DNA of 23,787 bases from Candidatus Iainarchaeum sp. (GTDB lineage: Archaea > Iainarchaeota > Iainarchaeia > JAGGVJ01): NCBI GenBank assembly GCA_021158055.1, contig JAGGVJ010000009.1, forward strand, positions 1 to 23,787, written 5' to 3'. Of this stretch, positions 1 to 8,929 are shown one piece after another. The translations under genes were made by a program, and so were the position numbers. Positions within the stretch are counted from its first letter, which is position 1; every line of letters begins with the position of its first letter. Under the pieces are notes generated by a model. The model saw only the letters and a list, made by a program, of their open reading frames with translations. It was not told where the DNA came from and ran no database searches.

Positions 1-1
1 A

Positions 2-2923
2 AAGCATTTGGGCTGGGTGGAAATTGACACCCAGAGGGCTGATGAGTTGAGGCCGTCGTTGAAAGAACCGGTTTTGACTGAAATACTCAGGAAAAAGATT
101 AAGGAACTCAATGGTTGGATTTCAGAGGAAAACACCAGCAGAGTCATCAGAAGCATTACCGGTGTTCAGGCGGCTTCCGTATTGGAAGCCAATGAAAGGA
201 TTCAGGCAATGCTTGAAAAAGGAACCACTGTCAGGCAGGATAAAAAAGACGGTTTGGGCTTGAAAAGCCATGACGTCCATTTGATGGACTGCAAGAATAT
301 TGAAAACAACGATTTTAATGTTGTCAGGCAATTCAAAGTGCTTCACTACAAAGAAAACAAGCCGGACATTGTCTTATTCATTAACGGTTTGCCTGTTGTT
401 GTCATTGAATGCAAGAGCCCCGCAATCCAGAATCCTTTGGAACAGGGAATGGTGCAGATATTCAGGTATCAGGAGTCCCAAGACAGTTATCGAAATACAG
501 GTTGCCCGAAATTGTTTAACACTGCACAGATTGTTGTGTCAACATACAATTACAAATTGAAATACGCCACCAATTTCACAAAAGAAAGGCATTGGAGCGA
601 GTGGAAAGAAGCATATCCGTTGAAGCTTGATGATTTGCAGAAGATTCTTGGAAGAACGCCGTATTCCCAGGATATTTTTTTGTTTGGCGTTTGCAGTAAA
701 AAACATTTGATTGACATAATTCAGAATTATATTGTTTATGAGAAAGAAAAAGGAAAAATCGTCAAAAAAATCTGCAAGTATCAGCAGTTCAAAGCAGTCG
801 CCAAACTAATCAAAAAAATTTCGCAGAAAAAGACAGCCAAAGGCGGGGTTGTATGGCATACGCAGGGAAGCGGAAAGAGCTTGTCAATGCTTTGGACTGC
901 CGTTAAATTGAGAAAAATGCAAGAGCCTGCTAATCCCACGATAGTTATTGTTACAGACAGAACTGATTTGGATGATCAAATCAGGGGAACTTTTCAAAGA
1001 TGCGGTTTTTCAAATCCCGTTCAGACAAAAAGCGCAAAACACTTGCAGGAATTATTGGCTGATCCGGTCGGGCAGACAATAATGACAACAATTCAGAAAT
1101 TTCAAGACGCAACCGATGAGTACCCGACGCTGTCAGAAAATTTTGATATATTTGTATTGGTTGATGAAGCTCACCGGACACAATACAAGACACTTGGAGC
1201 AAATATGAGAAAAGCAGTTCCCAATGCGACATTTATCGGGTTTACGGGAACGCCGATCAGCAAAAAATACAGAAGCACAAAAGAAACATTCGGAGACTAT
1301 GTAGATGTCTATGATCACAGGCAGGCAGTCAAAGACGGCGCAACTGTCGATATATTTTATGAGGGAAGAATGCCTGAGTTGACAATCACAGGCAACTCAA
1401 TAGATGAAATTTTTGACAGAGTATTTGCTGATTACTCGCAGAAAGACAAGGAAAGAATCAAGAAAAAATATGCAACACCCGAAGCAATAGCAACAGCCGC
1501 AACAAGAATAAAACTTATATGTGTGGATATAATAAAACATTTTGAAACGCATATACAGCCAAACAAATTCAAAGCGCAAATCGTTGCCTGCTCCAGAAGA
1601 GCCGCAATAATATACAAACAAGCACTTGACGATTTAAACGCGCCGTCAAGTGAAGTGTTAATCTCAAAAAATCACAATGATGAATCAGAGTTTATTCCGC
1701 ACCACAAGTCAAAAACAGAAGAACGAGAGGTCATCAGGCGATTCAAGGAAGAAAATGACCCGCAGATTATTGTGGTGTGTGACAAGTTATTGACAGGATT
1801 TGACGCGCCGATAGAACAAGTAATGTATCTTGACAGCCCGTTAAAAGAACACACGTTGCTCCAGGCAATCGCAAGGGTGAACAGGACATACAAAAACAAA
1901 AAGTACGGGCTTATAGTTGATTACTGGGGCGTGTCGCAAGACTTGCAGGACGCATTAGATATGTTTACGGTTGAAGAAAGCAAAGGGATGATCCATACAG
2001 ATTACAAGAAAGAGATACTTCCAAGATTGCAGGCAGCACACAATGCTGCAATGAATTTTTTTATGGATGTAGACAAAAAAGACACGGAAGCTTGTGTGCA
2101 ATCCCTTGCTCCGGAAGACATAAGGGTAACTTTTGACCAACGATTCAAACTATTTTCAAACTACATGGATATGTTATTCCCTGACCCTACAGCAATCCCA
2201 TTCATCAAAGACTTAAAATGGCTTGCTGAAATAAGAACAAGAGCAAAAAACAAGTACAGGGATGAACAACTGTCACTGCGGGAATGCAGCGATAAAGTCA
2301 GGCAACTCATAGAAGAACACATCAAAGCGGAAGGAATTACACACCTTGCAGAACCGACAAGCATATTTACGGAGAAGTTTGATGAGGAAATTGAAAGATT
2401 AACAAGCGATGAAGCAAAAGCAAGCGAGATAGAACACGCAGTCAAACATGAGATAACATTCAAAGTTTACGAAGACCCTGTTTACTATGAATCATTGAGA
2501 GAAAGGCTTGACAGGATACTTCATGATTTCAAAGCAGGAAGAATGGACGCGGCAGAACAGCTTGAGCTATTGAAAGAAATACTGGGGGAGATACGGCATC
2601 CGGAAAAGCAGGCTGAAAAGACAGGCATTGACCTGAAAGTATTTCCATTTTATAATATTTTATCCGAAACATCAGACAATATGATTGTAATGGAACAGCA
2701 GGCAACTTATGGTGAACAAAAATCATTGAAAGGTATTTCAAATGAAATTTTTAAGGCATTAGATGAACTTGCAGTAGTGGACTGGCAAATGAAAGAAGAT
2801 ATAAAGAGGGAAATGAGAAGGCAAATTAAAAGAGTTTTGCGCGCAAACAATTATCCGGCAGACAAAATTGAATCAATCACAGTTAAACTTCTTGATTTGG
2901 CAAGAGCGAGGTTTGTCAGATGA
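2..2923 (+). CDS. hsdR: Type I restriction-modification restriction subunit HsdR (5'-truncated at window edge)
   Basis: Nuclease motif PDIVLFINGLPVVVIECK plus QxxRY, Walker A HTQGSGKS, DEAH box (VDEAHR), FTGTP, LLTGFDAP, QAIARVNR. The frame is open to the window edge (aag cat ttg ggc tgg = KHLGW), so the TTG at 8 is probably not the true start. Confidence 0.97.
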   Translation, partial: KHLGWVEIDTQRADELRPSLKEPVLTEILRKKIKELNGWISEENTSRVIRSITGVQAASVLEANERIQAMLEKGTTVRQDKKDGLGLKSHDVHLMDCKNIENNDFNVVRQFKVLHYKENKPDIVLFINGLPVVVIECKSPAIQNPLEQGMVQIFRYQESQDSYRNTGCPKLFNTAQIVVSTYNYKLKYATNFTKERHWSEWKEAYPLKLDDLQKILGRTPYSQDIFLFGVCSKKHLIDIIQNYIVYEKEKGKIVKKICKYQQFKAVAKLIKKISQKKTAKGGVVWHTQGSGKSLSMLWTAVKLRKMQEPANPTIVIVTDRTDLDDQIRGTFQRCGFSNPVQTKSAKHLQELLADPVGQTIMTTIQKFQDATDEYPTLSENFDIFVLVDEAHRTQYKTLGANMRKAVPNATFIGFTGTPISKKYRSTKETFGDYVDVYDHRQAVKDGATVDIFYEGRMPELTITGNSIDEIFDRVFADYSQKDKERIKKKYATPEAIATAATRIKLICVDIIKHFETHIQPNKFKAQIVACSRRAAIIYKQALDDLNAPSSEVLISKNHNDESEFIPHHKSKTEEREVIRRFKEENDPQIIVVCDKLLTGFDAPIEQVMYLDSPLKEHTLLQAIARVNRTYKNKKYGLIVDYWGVSQDLQDALDMFTVEESKGMIHTDYKKEILPRLQAAHNAAMNFFMDVDKKDTEACVQSLAPEDIRVTFDQRFKLFSNYMDMLFPDPTAIPFIKDLKWLAEIRTRAKNKYRDEQLSLRECSDKVRQLIEEHIKAEGITHLAEPTSIFTEKFDEEIERLTSDEAKASEIEHAVKHEITFKVYEDPVYYESLRERLDRILHDFKAGRMDAAEQLELLKEILGEIRHPEKQAEKTGIDLKVFPFYNILSETSDNMIVMEQQATYGEQKSLKGISNEIFKALDELAVVDWQMKEDIKREMRRQIKRVLRANNYPADKIESITVKLLDLARARFVR

Positions 2924-3651
2924 TAACACAAGACAGCATTCAGTTCGGAACAACAACTATTAACTATGATGTAGTTTACAGTGACAGGAAAAAGAATGCA
3001 ACTTTGTCGGTTTATCCGTTGAAACTTGTGGAGGTCAGCGTGCCGACAAATCTTGATCAAGAACACATACAAAAACTTGTCAAAAGAAAAGCTCATTGGG
3101 TGATGAAACAAATTCTTTGGTTTGATGAAATAGTTCAGACAGATTGCAGTAAAGAATATGTCAACGGAGAATCATACGTGTATCTTGGCAGGCAATACAG
3201 GCTGAAAATAATTAAAAATCATGAGAAGCCGCAGGCAAAACTAATGGGAAAATATTTAACAGTGCGGTTTCCGGAGAACACGCCGCAAAACAAAGAAAAA
3301 AATGTAATCAAGGCAGCAATATGGAAATGGTACAGAGAACAAGCAGACAAAAAAATCGAAGAGGCAATCAAAATATACAGCAATAAACTTGGGATACAGC
3401 AACCAAAATACAATATCAAAAACCAATACAAAAGATGGGGCAGCTGCACAAAAAACAACATATTAAATTTCAATCTTAGAATATCAATGGCACCAATTTC
3501 ATTACTTCAATACGCCGTAGCACATGAGATATGTCATGTGCAACACAAAGATCACTCAAATCAATTCTGGAAATTATTGCAGGCAATAATGCCGGACTAT
3601 GAACAAAGGAAAGACAGACTGCGAAAAGAGGGAACACAATATGTATTGTAG
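2920..3651 (+). CDS. YgjP/M48-like (DUF45, SprT-like) zinc metalloprotease commonly found after hsdR
   Basis: YVNGESYVYLGRQYRL, KRWGSC and HEICH...H zincin motif followed by FW; ATGA overlap with the hsdR stop. Confidence 0.92.
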   Translation: MITQDSIQFGTTTINYDVVYSDRKKNATLSVYPLKLVEVSVPTNLDQEHIQKLVKRKAHWVMKQILWFDEIVQTDCSKEYVNGESYVYLGRQYRLKIIKNHEKPQAKLMGKYLTVRFPENTPQNKEKNVIKAAIWKWYREQADKKIEEAIKIYSNKLGIQQPKYNIKNQYKRWGSCTKNNILNFNLRISMAPISLLQYAVAHEICHVQHKDHSNQFWKLLQAIMPDYEQRKDRLRKEGTQYVL

Positions 3652-3695
3652 ATTTTCATTTTTTTTACAATTTTTATTTTTTAGCTGGTATTTTT
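3652..3695 (+). terminator. Oligo-T archaeal-type terminator after the hsdR-protease operon
   Basis: Several runs of 5-8 T immediately after the TAG stop. Confidence 0.55.
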
Positions 3696-3732
3696 TCGGC
3701 ATGTTTAAAATCATTGCTGAAAAACTATTATT

Positions 3733-5517
3733 ATGCGTTTTTTGAAATTACTTTTCTTGTGCGCGTTGTCAGTGTCTTTTTTTGCTTTTGCCTGTGCTGA
3801 TGACTTGCCGGATTATGGTGGCAGCTTGCCGGATTATGCCAGTGATTCACAGGATTATGGCAGTGACTCGTTGGATGTTGTTCAGGAAAACATCAGCCCT
3901 GTGAGAATTTCAAAATCAGTGGTTTTCCTTGAGCTGAACGGCGAGCTGGTTGTGCCGACGCGCGACAGGGAAGTTAATTTGAAAACATTTGCTCCCCAGC
4001 AGGAACTCCCAAGGCAAAAAGTGACTTACGTTGATTTTCCTGAAAACGCGGAAATAATCACTGATTCTGACTGCGAGCCGAAAGAAGGCAGTTGCGACCC
4101 GTTTTTGTTGTTTCGCTGGAGCGACGTTGAAGGCAAGGTGCCTTTCGGTTTCAAGGCAAGAATTGTTGTTGACTCAACCGCGGACATTTTTACCGACCCG
4201 GAGTTTCCGCTTGAAGACACGCGTTACAATGAATTTACTTTGCCTTCGACGTACATTGAGTCAGACGACCCCCACTTGAAATTCAAGGCGCAAAGCATTG
4301 TTGAAGGCGCAGGAACAGAGCTTGAGGCAGTCAGGCGGCTTGTTGAATGGGTGCACAATTACGTTGAGTATGACCTGACAAATGATGAAAGAATTTTTTC
4401 GGCAAAAGAAGTGTTTGAATCAAAAAGAGGTGTTTGCGACGAGTATGGTCATTTGTTTGCGGCTCTTGCGCGCGGAGTTGGTATCCCGGCCCGTGTTGTT
4501 GCAGGTTATTCGTTTACAGGAAAAATTTGGGGTTATCATTTGTGGGTTGAAGTATATGTTCCCGGGCACGGCTGGATGTCTGTTGACCCCACTTACAACG
4601 AGGTGGGTTCAATTGACGCGTCCCACATAAAGATTGCAACAGCGCTGGACAACAAGGGAATAGGGGAAAAGATTTTTTCTGAAAAAGGAGAAGTTTCTAT
4701 TGTAAAAGAATCTGTTTTGAAATTTGAGTCAATGGAGCTTTCAAAAGACAGCGTGGAAATTTCCCTTGATTTTAAGGACAGCGTGAAAAAAAGCGAAATA
4801 GTTGAGATAACGGCTCACCTGAAAAACAAGACTAATTCCCATGTGTTTGTCCCGGTGGCTTTGGCTGTAAACAAAGACATGCAGTTAATCGGGTCAGGTC
4901 AAAAAGAGCAGCTTGCGCTTTTGAAGCCTTTTGGCGAAGCAGTTGTTTCGTGGAAGGTGATGATGCCGGATTCGATGGAGGGAGGGTTTGAATATCTGTA
5001 TGCAGTAAAAGTGGTTTCTTCACAGGGGCCGGTAAGCAAAAACCTTGTTTTGAAAAACGAGGATTCGCTTGACAATGGAGAGGTTGCACTTGGCGAGACA
5101 AGTTTTTCTTTTGACCGGGAAGGGTTTTTGAATGCGGTGGTTGAGGTCAGGAATGATTCAAATATTGATGTTTTGGTTTCAGTTGAAATGCAGAGCAACA
5201 AGGAAAATTCAGGGAAAGAGTCGGTGTTTTTGGTTTCCGGCTCAAAAAAGACGGTTTCTCTTTCGGTTTTGCGCGCTGCCGGCAAGGGGTTGCAGCTTGT
5301 GTCAATTGTGCTTTCAACAGACCAGGGTTCTGCAACGAAAACTTTTAACGTGAATTTTGATGAGAACGAAAGCGGCACAGGTTTGGAAACAGCGTTAAAT
5401 CCGCCTGATGGCAATGGCATTGGAAGTGATTTGTTTTACGGAAGCACTTCAGTGATGGTTTTGGGAGTTATATTTTTGGTTGTGGCAGCTATTGGTTTGC
5501 TTGTTTTCAGGAAGTAG
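3733..5517 (+). CDS. Exported, C-terminally anchored transglutaminase-like (Cys-His-Asp) protein with Ig-like C-terminal region
   Basis: N-terminal signal peptide; GVCDEY, YHLWVEVY and WMSVDPT give the catalytic triad; beta-rich C-terminal half; terminal TM helix followed by RK; TTTAAA box about 24 nt before the ATG. Confidence 0.9.
   Translation: MRFLKLLFLCALSVSFFAFACADDLPDYGGSLPDYASDSQDYGSDSLDVVQENISPVRISKSVVFLELNGELVVPTRDREVNLKTFAPQQELPRQKVTYVDFPENAEIITDSDCEPKEGSCDPFLLFRWSDVEGKVPFGFKARIVVDSTADIFTDPEFPLEDTRYNEFTLPSTYIESDDPHLKFKAQSIVEGAGTELEAVRRLVEWVHNYVEYDLTNDERIFSAKEVFESKRGVCDEYGHLFAALARGVGIPARVVAGYSFTGKIWGYHLWVEVYVPGHGWMSVDPTYNEVGSIDASHIKIATALDNKGIGEKIFSEKGEVSIVKESVLKFESMELSKDSVEISLDFKDSVKKSEIVEITAHLKNKTNSHVFVPVALAVNKDMQLIGSGQKEQLALLKPFGEAVVSWKVMMPDSMEGGFEYLYAVKVVSSQGPVSKNLVLKNEDSLDNGEVALGETSFSFDREGFLNAVVEVRNDSNIDVLVSVEMQSNKENSGKESVFLVSGSKKTVSLSVLRAAGKGLQLVSIVLSTDQGSATKTFNVNFDENESGTGLETALNPPDGNGIGSDLFYGSTSVMVLGVIFLVVAAIGLLVFRK
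3805..3867 (+). repeat. Three imperfect 21-bp in-frame tandem repeats (LPDYGGS / LPDYASD / SQDYGSD)
   Basis: ttgccggattatggtggcagc, ttgccggattatgccagtgat and tcacaggattatggcagtgac read directly. Confidence 0.85.
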
Positions 5518-5582
5518 TTTTGTTGCGCAAAAAGGTATAAATAGATTTAAGCGCCCATTGATTACACTTTTGATTATTGTTT

Positions 5583-5658
5583 GCGCCGGTAGTCCAGTCG
5601 GTTAAGACGTTAGCTTGCCAAGCTAATGACCTGGGTTCGAATCCCGGCCGGCGCACCA
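5583..5658 (+). tRNA. tRNA-Gly: tRNA-Gly (GCC), CCA encoded, no intron
   Basis: Acceptor GCGCCGG/CCGGCGC, anticodon stem TTAGC/GCTAA with loop TTGCCAA, T-loop TTCGAAT, A discriminator + CCA; TATAAATA upstream at about 5536 and a T5 run downstream. Confidence 0.97.
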
Positions 5659-5669
5659 TTTTTAAAGAA

Positions 5670-5963
5670 TTAAATGCTGTTCAGCGTGCGCAGGTGCCTA
5701 TAAAGAGCGATTGCAAGGAGAAGCACAAACAGGATTTCTGTTCCGAAACCCGCTGCTTTCAACAGGTCTGTCTGGTAGAAGAAATTTGCTGCAGACACGG
5801 CATAGTGCGTAAAGAGAACGAAAAATGTGACTGAAAGTATTTTCCAGACATTGTTCATTTTGCCGTTTGAATAATTTTTTGCAATCAGCAGTGACAAAAG
5901 GAATGCAATGAGTGAAAAGAACATTGTTGCTCCGTGTATTGCCGGTTGTATTGTTTCAATCAT
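5670..5963 (-). CDS. Small membrane protein with about 3 TM helices, function unknown
   Basis: Three hydrophobic segments; ATG directly abuts the upstream gene's TAA; GAGTGA RBS-like sequence. Confidence 0.75.
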   Translation of the reverse strand: MIETIQPAIHGATMFFSLIAFLLSLLIAKNYSNGKMNNVWKILSVTFFVLFTHYAVSAANFFYQTDLLKAAGFGTEILFVLLLAIALYRHLRTLNSI

Positions 5964-6299
5964 TTAATCACTCACAAATATTTTCGGGAGCTTTTGTTTA
6001 AGCCCCATTTCCGTAATTTCTGAAAGATGGTTTCGTGTAACCATTGGACAGACGCGTGATGCGACCGAGTTTACTACCCTGTCGCCCAAGTGGTTGCAGT
6101 AAACTGAATAGAAGAGGTTTGAGAAAAAAATGCTTGCCTCGAGAGCTTTTTTGTCCCTTGATTCAGGGGGCATTTCAGCCAGGTTGATTTTTGCGCTTGA
6201 AAGGTTTATCCTGTTCTGGGTTGCCTGCAGGTCAGCAAACACTTCAGGCATTTCAAGTTTTGATTCAAGCACTATTTTTGAAACGAGTTTTGAGGACAT
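5964..6299 (-). CDS. Hypothetical soluble protein (111 aa), probably co-transcribed with the membrane protein
   Basis: AGGGGA RBS before the ATG; protein-like composition; zero-gap junction with 5670..5963. Confidence 0.75.
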   Translation of the reverse strand: MSSKLVSKIVLESKLEMPEVFADLQATQNRINLSSAKINLAEMPPESRDKKALEASIFFSNLFYSVYCNHLGDRVVNSVASRVCPMVTRNHLSEITEMGLKQKLPKIFVSD

Positions 6300-6562
6300 G
6301 TGTTCCCCTATTTCGAATGAAAGCTCGTGCGAGAGCGCGTTTAAGTAGTTTTGGTTTATGTCTATCAGACGAATGAATTTTTTGTTCAGAATAACACCTG
6401 TGTTGTTATGTTACATGTATTGCTGTCTTTTTATGATTTTGTTTTGACAGTTGTAAATTTGGTTTAGTTTAACCTGTTATTATATTGGAGTTGTTTCTTA
6501 TAAAATATACCTGAAGCAAGCTGCAATACAAATATATAAACTTGCGAATGCGCATTAGTTGT

Positions 6563-6685
6563 GTGGGATGAAGAACTCGCCGTGATGAGGTTTTTGCCTG
6601 TGATTTAGATCTTGAGTCCGGACCACAACCAGATTACAGCGAGTTAAACAAAACCTTATTAAATATCATTTTATATACCTTTTTT
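6563..6685 (+). ncRNA. Candidate structured non-coding RNA, family unknown
   Basis: TATATAAA at 6533-6540; stem 6574-6586/6633-6645; inner stem 6599-6610/6616-6627; alternative pairing 6584-6594/6650-6660; T6 run at 6680-6685; no credible ORF. Confidence 0.4.
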
Positions 6686-6730
6686 AGCAGGTGATGCATT
6701 GACGTCAGTTAAAAAACAAGGCATGGTGGT

Positions 6731-6916
6731 TTGTTGAAGGTTTCCAACAAGAAAAAAGTTTCTTTGATTGTGGATAGGATGATAAAGGAAGGCAGAAACC
6801 ATGCAGAAGTGATTGTTGCATTGAGGTCAGCGGGTTTTAGTTCCGGCGAAGTTGATGAGATACTGAACCACAGAAGCAATTTGAAAAACCAACCCGGTGT
6901 CGGGATTAAAAGCTGA
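6731..6916 (+). CDS. Small hypothetical helical protein (about 60 aa)
   Basis: GGTGG RBS-like sequence before tandem TTG codons; amphipathic pattern EVIVALRSAGFSSGEVDEIL of a kind common in small archaeal proteins. Confidence 0.6.
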   Translation: MLKVSNKKKVSLIVDRMIKEGRNHAEVIVALRSAGFSSGEVDEILNHRSNLKNQPGVGIKS

Positions 6917-7104
6917 AAAATAAGCCGACCGATTCCAAAACACGTATTGTTGTTTCTATTCCTGCTTTTGTTTCTGCATTAATTTTGTTTTTGCCAAGCC
7001 ATTAATACTTTGAGTGACTTATTAAGCTAGTACTTTTTGCTTACGGCAGTTCCCGGCGAGCCCGGTGACTGTGTTGCAGAATAGTGTGAGTAGTGTGTGG
7101 TGTT

Positions 7105-8292
7105 ATGGAAATTGCTTTAGTTGGGGCTCCGAACAAGGGAAAAAGCACGTTTTTCAGTGCAGCGACTTTGGCCAGTGCAGAAATCGCAGCTTATCCTTTT
7201 ACAACCATCAAGCCCAATCAGGGAACTGCTTACGTGCGCGTTCCATGCGCGTGCAAAAAGTTTGGGGTGAAGTGCAACCCCAGAAATTCTGCCTGCGAGG
7301 ACGGCACAAGGCTCGTGCCCATTACTTTGATTGACGTTGCCGGGCTTGTTCCCGGTGCTTTCGAGGGCAAGGGGCTTGGAAACCAGTTTCTTTCAGACCT
7401 TGCGCAGGCAAGGGCGCTTATCCAGGTAATTGACTGTTCCGGAAAAACAGACCTTGAGGGAAACCAGGCAGACTGTTTTGATGTTTCCAAAGAAGTCGGG
7501 TTTTTGCCTGGTGAAATTGCAATGTGGATAAAGGGAATTCTTTCAAAAAACTGGGGGAAAATTGCAAGGCGCGTTGAACACGGCCAGATGAAGCTTTCGC
7601 AAGCGGTGATGGACCAGCTTGCAGGAATGCGCATCAGTGAACCGCAGGTTGAACTGGTTTTTTCAAGGACAACTCTTAATTTAGCAAAGCCGAGCCAGTG
7701 GAGCGAAAGCGACCTTGAGGAACTGTCGCGCCAGATACAAAAAGTTTCAAAACCCGTTGTTTTGGCTGCAAATAAGGCTGATTTGCCGCAGTCAAAGGAA
7801 AATATCAGGGTGTTGAATGAAAAGTTTCCAAAAAAACTGATTGTTCCGGTAAGCGCTGAGTCAGAGCTTGCATTGAGGCGCGCTTCAAAAGCAGGGGTAA
7901 TCAAGTATGTTCCGGGAGCGCAGGATTTTGAATTGCTTGGGCAGGCAAACGAAGCGCAAAAAAAAGCGCTTGATTATATAAAAAAAGCAGTGCTGGATGA
8001 CTTCAAAAGCACGGGAGTGCAAAAAACACTGGAATGCGCTGCTTTTGACTTGCTTGAACTGATTGTCGTGTACCCTGTTGAAGACGAGGGAAAGCTTTCC
8101 GACGCGCAGGGAAACGTTCTTCCGGACGTGTTCTTCCTAAAAAAAGGATCCACTGTGATTGACCTTGCGCTTAAAGTGCATTCTGATTTGGCAGAAAATT
8201 TTATCGGCGCAATCGACTGCGCCACCAAAAAAAGAATCGGAAAAGACCATGTTTTAAACAACGGCGACGTTATAAAAATCATTCACAAGTGA
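7105..8292 (+). CDS. ychF: Obg-family translation-associated NTPase YchF (archaeal type) with C-terminal TGS domain
   Basis: G1 GAPNKGKS, G2 YPFTT, G3 DVAGL, GKGLGNQFL, G4 NKAD, TGS tail (LALKVHSDL...GDVIKI). ATG at 7105 follows GGTG and is preferred to the GTG at 7093. Confidence 0.95.
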   Translation: MEIALVGAPNKGKSTFFSAATLASAEIAAYPFTTIKPNQGTAYVRVPCACKKFGVKCNPRNSACEDGTRLVPITLIDVAGLVPGAFEGKGLGNQFLSDLAQARALIQVIDCSGKTDLEGNQADCFDVSKEVGFLPGEIAMWIKGILSKNWGKIARRVEHGQMKLSQAVMDQLAGMRISEPQVELVFSRTTLNLAKPSQWSESDLEELSRQIQKVSKPVVLAANKADLPQSKENIRVLNEKFPKKLIVPVSAESELALRRASKAGVIKYVPGAQDFELLGQANEAQKKALDYIKKAVLDDFKSTGVQKTLECAAFDLLELIVVYPVEDEGKLSDAQGNVLPDVFFLKKGSTVIDLALKVHSDLAENFIGAIDCATKKRIGKDHVLNNGDVIKIIHK

Positions 8293-8371
8293 ATGTGCAT
8301 GAAGATTTGCCCGGAAAATGCCACGGTTTTCGTTTTTAGTTGGTTTCTGTTTTTTATTTTTTAGCCAAGGA

Positions 8372-8638
8372 TTATGCTTTGGTTATGTCTTCGTCAAAAG
8401 AAGGGAATTCAGGAAAAACCGGTACACCTTCCTTGACGTCTTTTTCAAGTTCCGTTTCTTCTTTTTTAATTGCCGGCTGCATTATTTCCATTTCTTTGTC
8501 GGTTTTTTCAAGCCGTGAAAGAGTGTAAACATAAGCGTTTATCAAGTCATCAAGTTCCATTTGCCTTCTTACCCCGGACCTTAAAAGCTCTTCAAAATAG
8601 ATTTTTGTCAGCCCAAGTGCAACTTCGCGTTTTTCCAT
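8372..8638 (-). CDS. Hypothetical protein (88 aa) with acidic tail
   Basis: AGGTGA RBS (8643-8648) and TTTAAA box at about 8672-8677 on the minus strand; helical N-terminal half. Confidence 0.85.
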   Translation of the reverse strand: MEKREVALGLTKIYFEELLRSGVRRQMELDDLINAYVYTLSRLEKTDKEMEIMQPAIKKEETELEKDVKEGVPVFPEFPSFDEDITKA

Positions 8639-8770
8639 AAAATCACCTTAACACAATGTATGATTCAATCATTTAAACCATTGATTGCATGATTGTTTGA
8701 ATTACTAAGACAGTTCAAAATATTTAATTTTATCTATGGTTGCATGCAAAGCATTTATCCAGGTGTGTTT

Positions 8771-8929
8771 TTATTCCTTGTTTTCAGGGTGCATGCATCT
8801 TCCGCCAAAGTACTTGCATTTTGTGTAAACTCCTCTTGCATAGTTTTTGTGGGTGCATACAAAAACCAAAATTTCTTTTTTCACTATCGGACAATATATT
8901 GTTTCGTTGGGTGTTGTTGTTTCAAGCAT
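8771..8929 (-). CDS. 52-aa Cys4 small protein translationally coupled to cdc6
   Basis: AGGTGA RBS (8935-8940) inside the cdc6 3' end; ATG overlaps the cdc6 stop by 8 nt (ATGCTTGA); C-x11-C-x12-C-x6-C plus two His. Confidence 0.75.
   Translation of the reverse strand: MLETTTPNETIYCPIVKKEILVFVCTHKNYARGVYTKCKYFGGRCMHPENKE

Noticed and set aside
5577-5834. 85-aa ORF
   Set aside because: Overlaps tRNA-Gly and is antisense to the membrane protein gene.
6582-6660. Fluoride riboswitch, hammerhead ribozyme, SRP RNA or 5S rRNA identity for the structured element
   Set aside because: GATGAGG resembles the fluoride motif, but the GGnGA/UCnCC stem and the downstream GCUGAUG are missing and no fluoride exporter follows. 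There is no CUGANGA/GAAA core, and no SRP helix-8 or 5S signature.
7230-7904. Long antisense ORFs (also 4899..5420 and 13033..13665)
   Set aside because: Shadow frames opposite well-supported genes, with no recognisable motifs.
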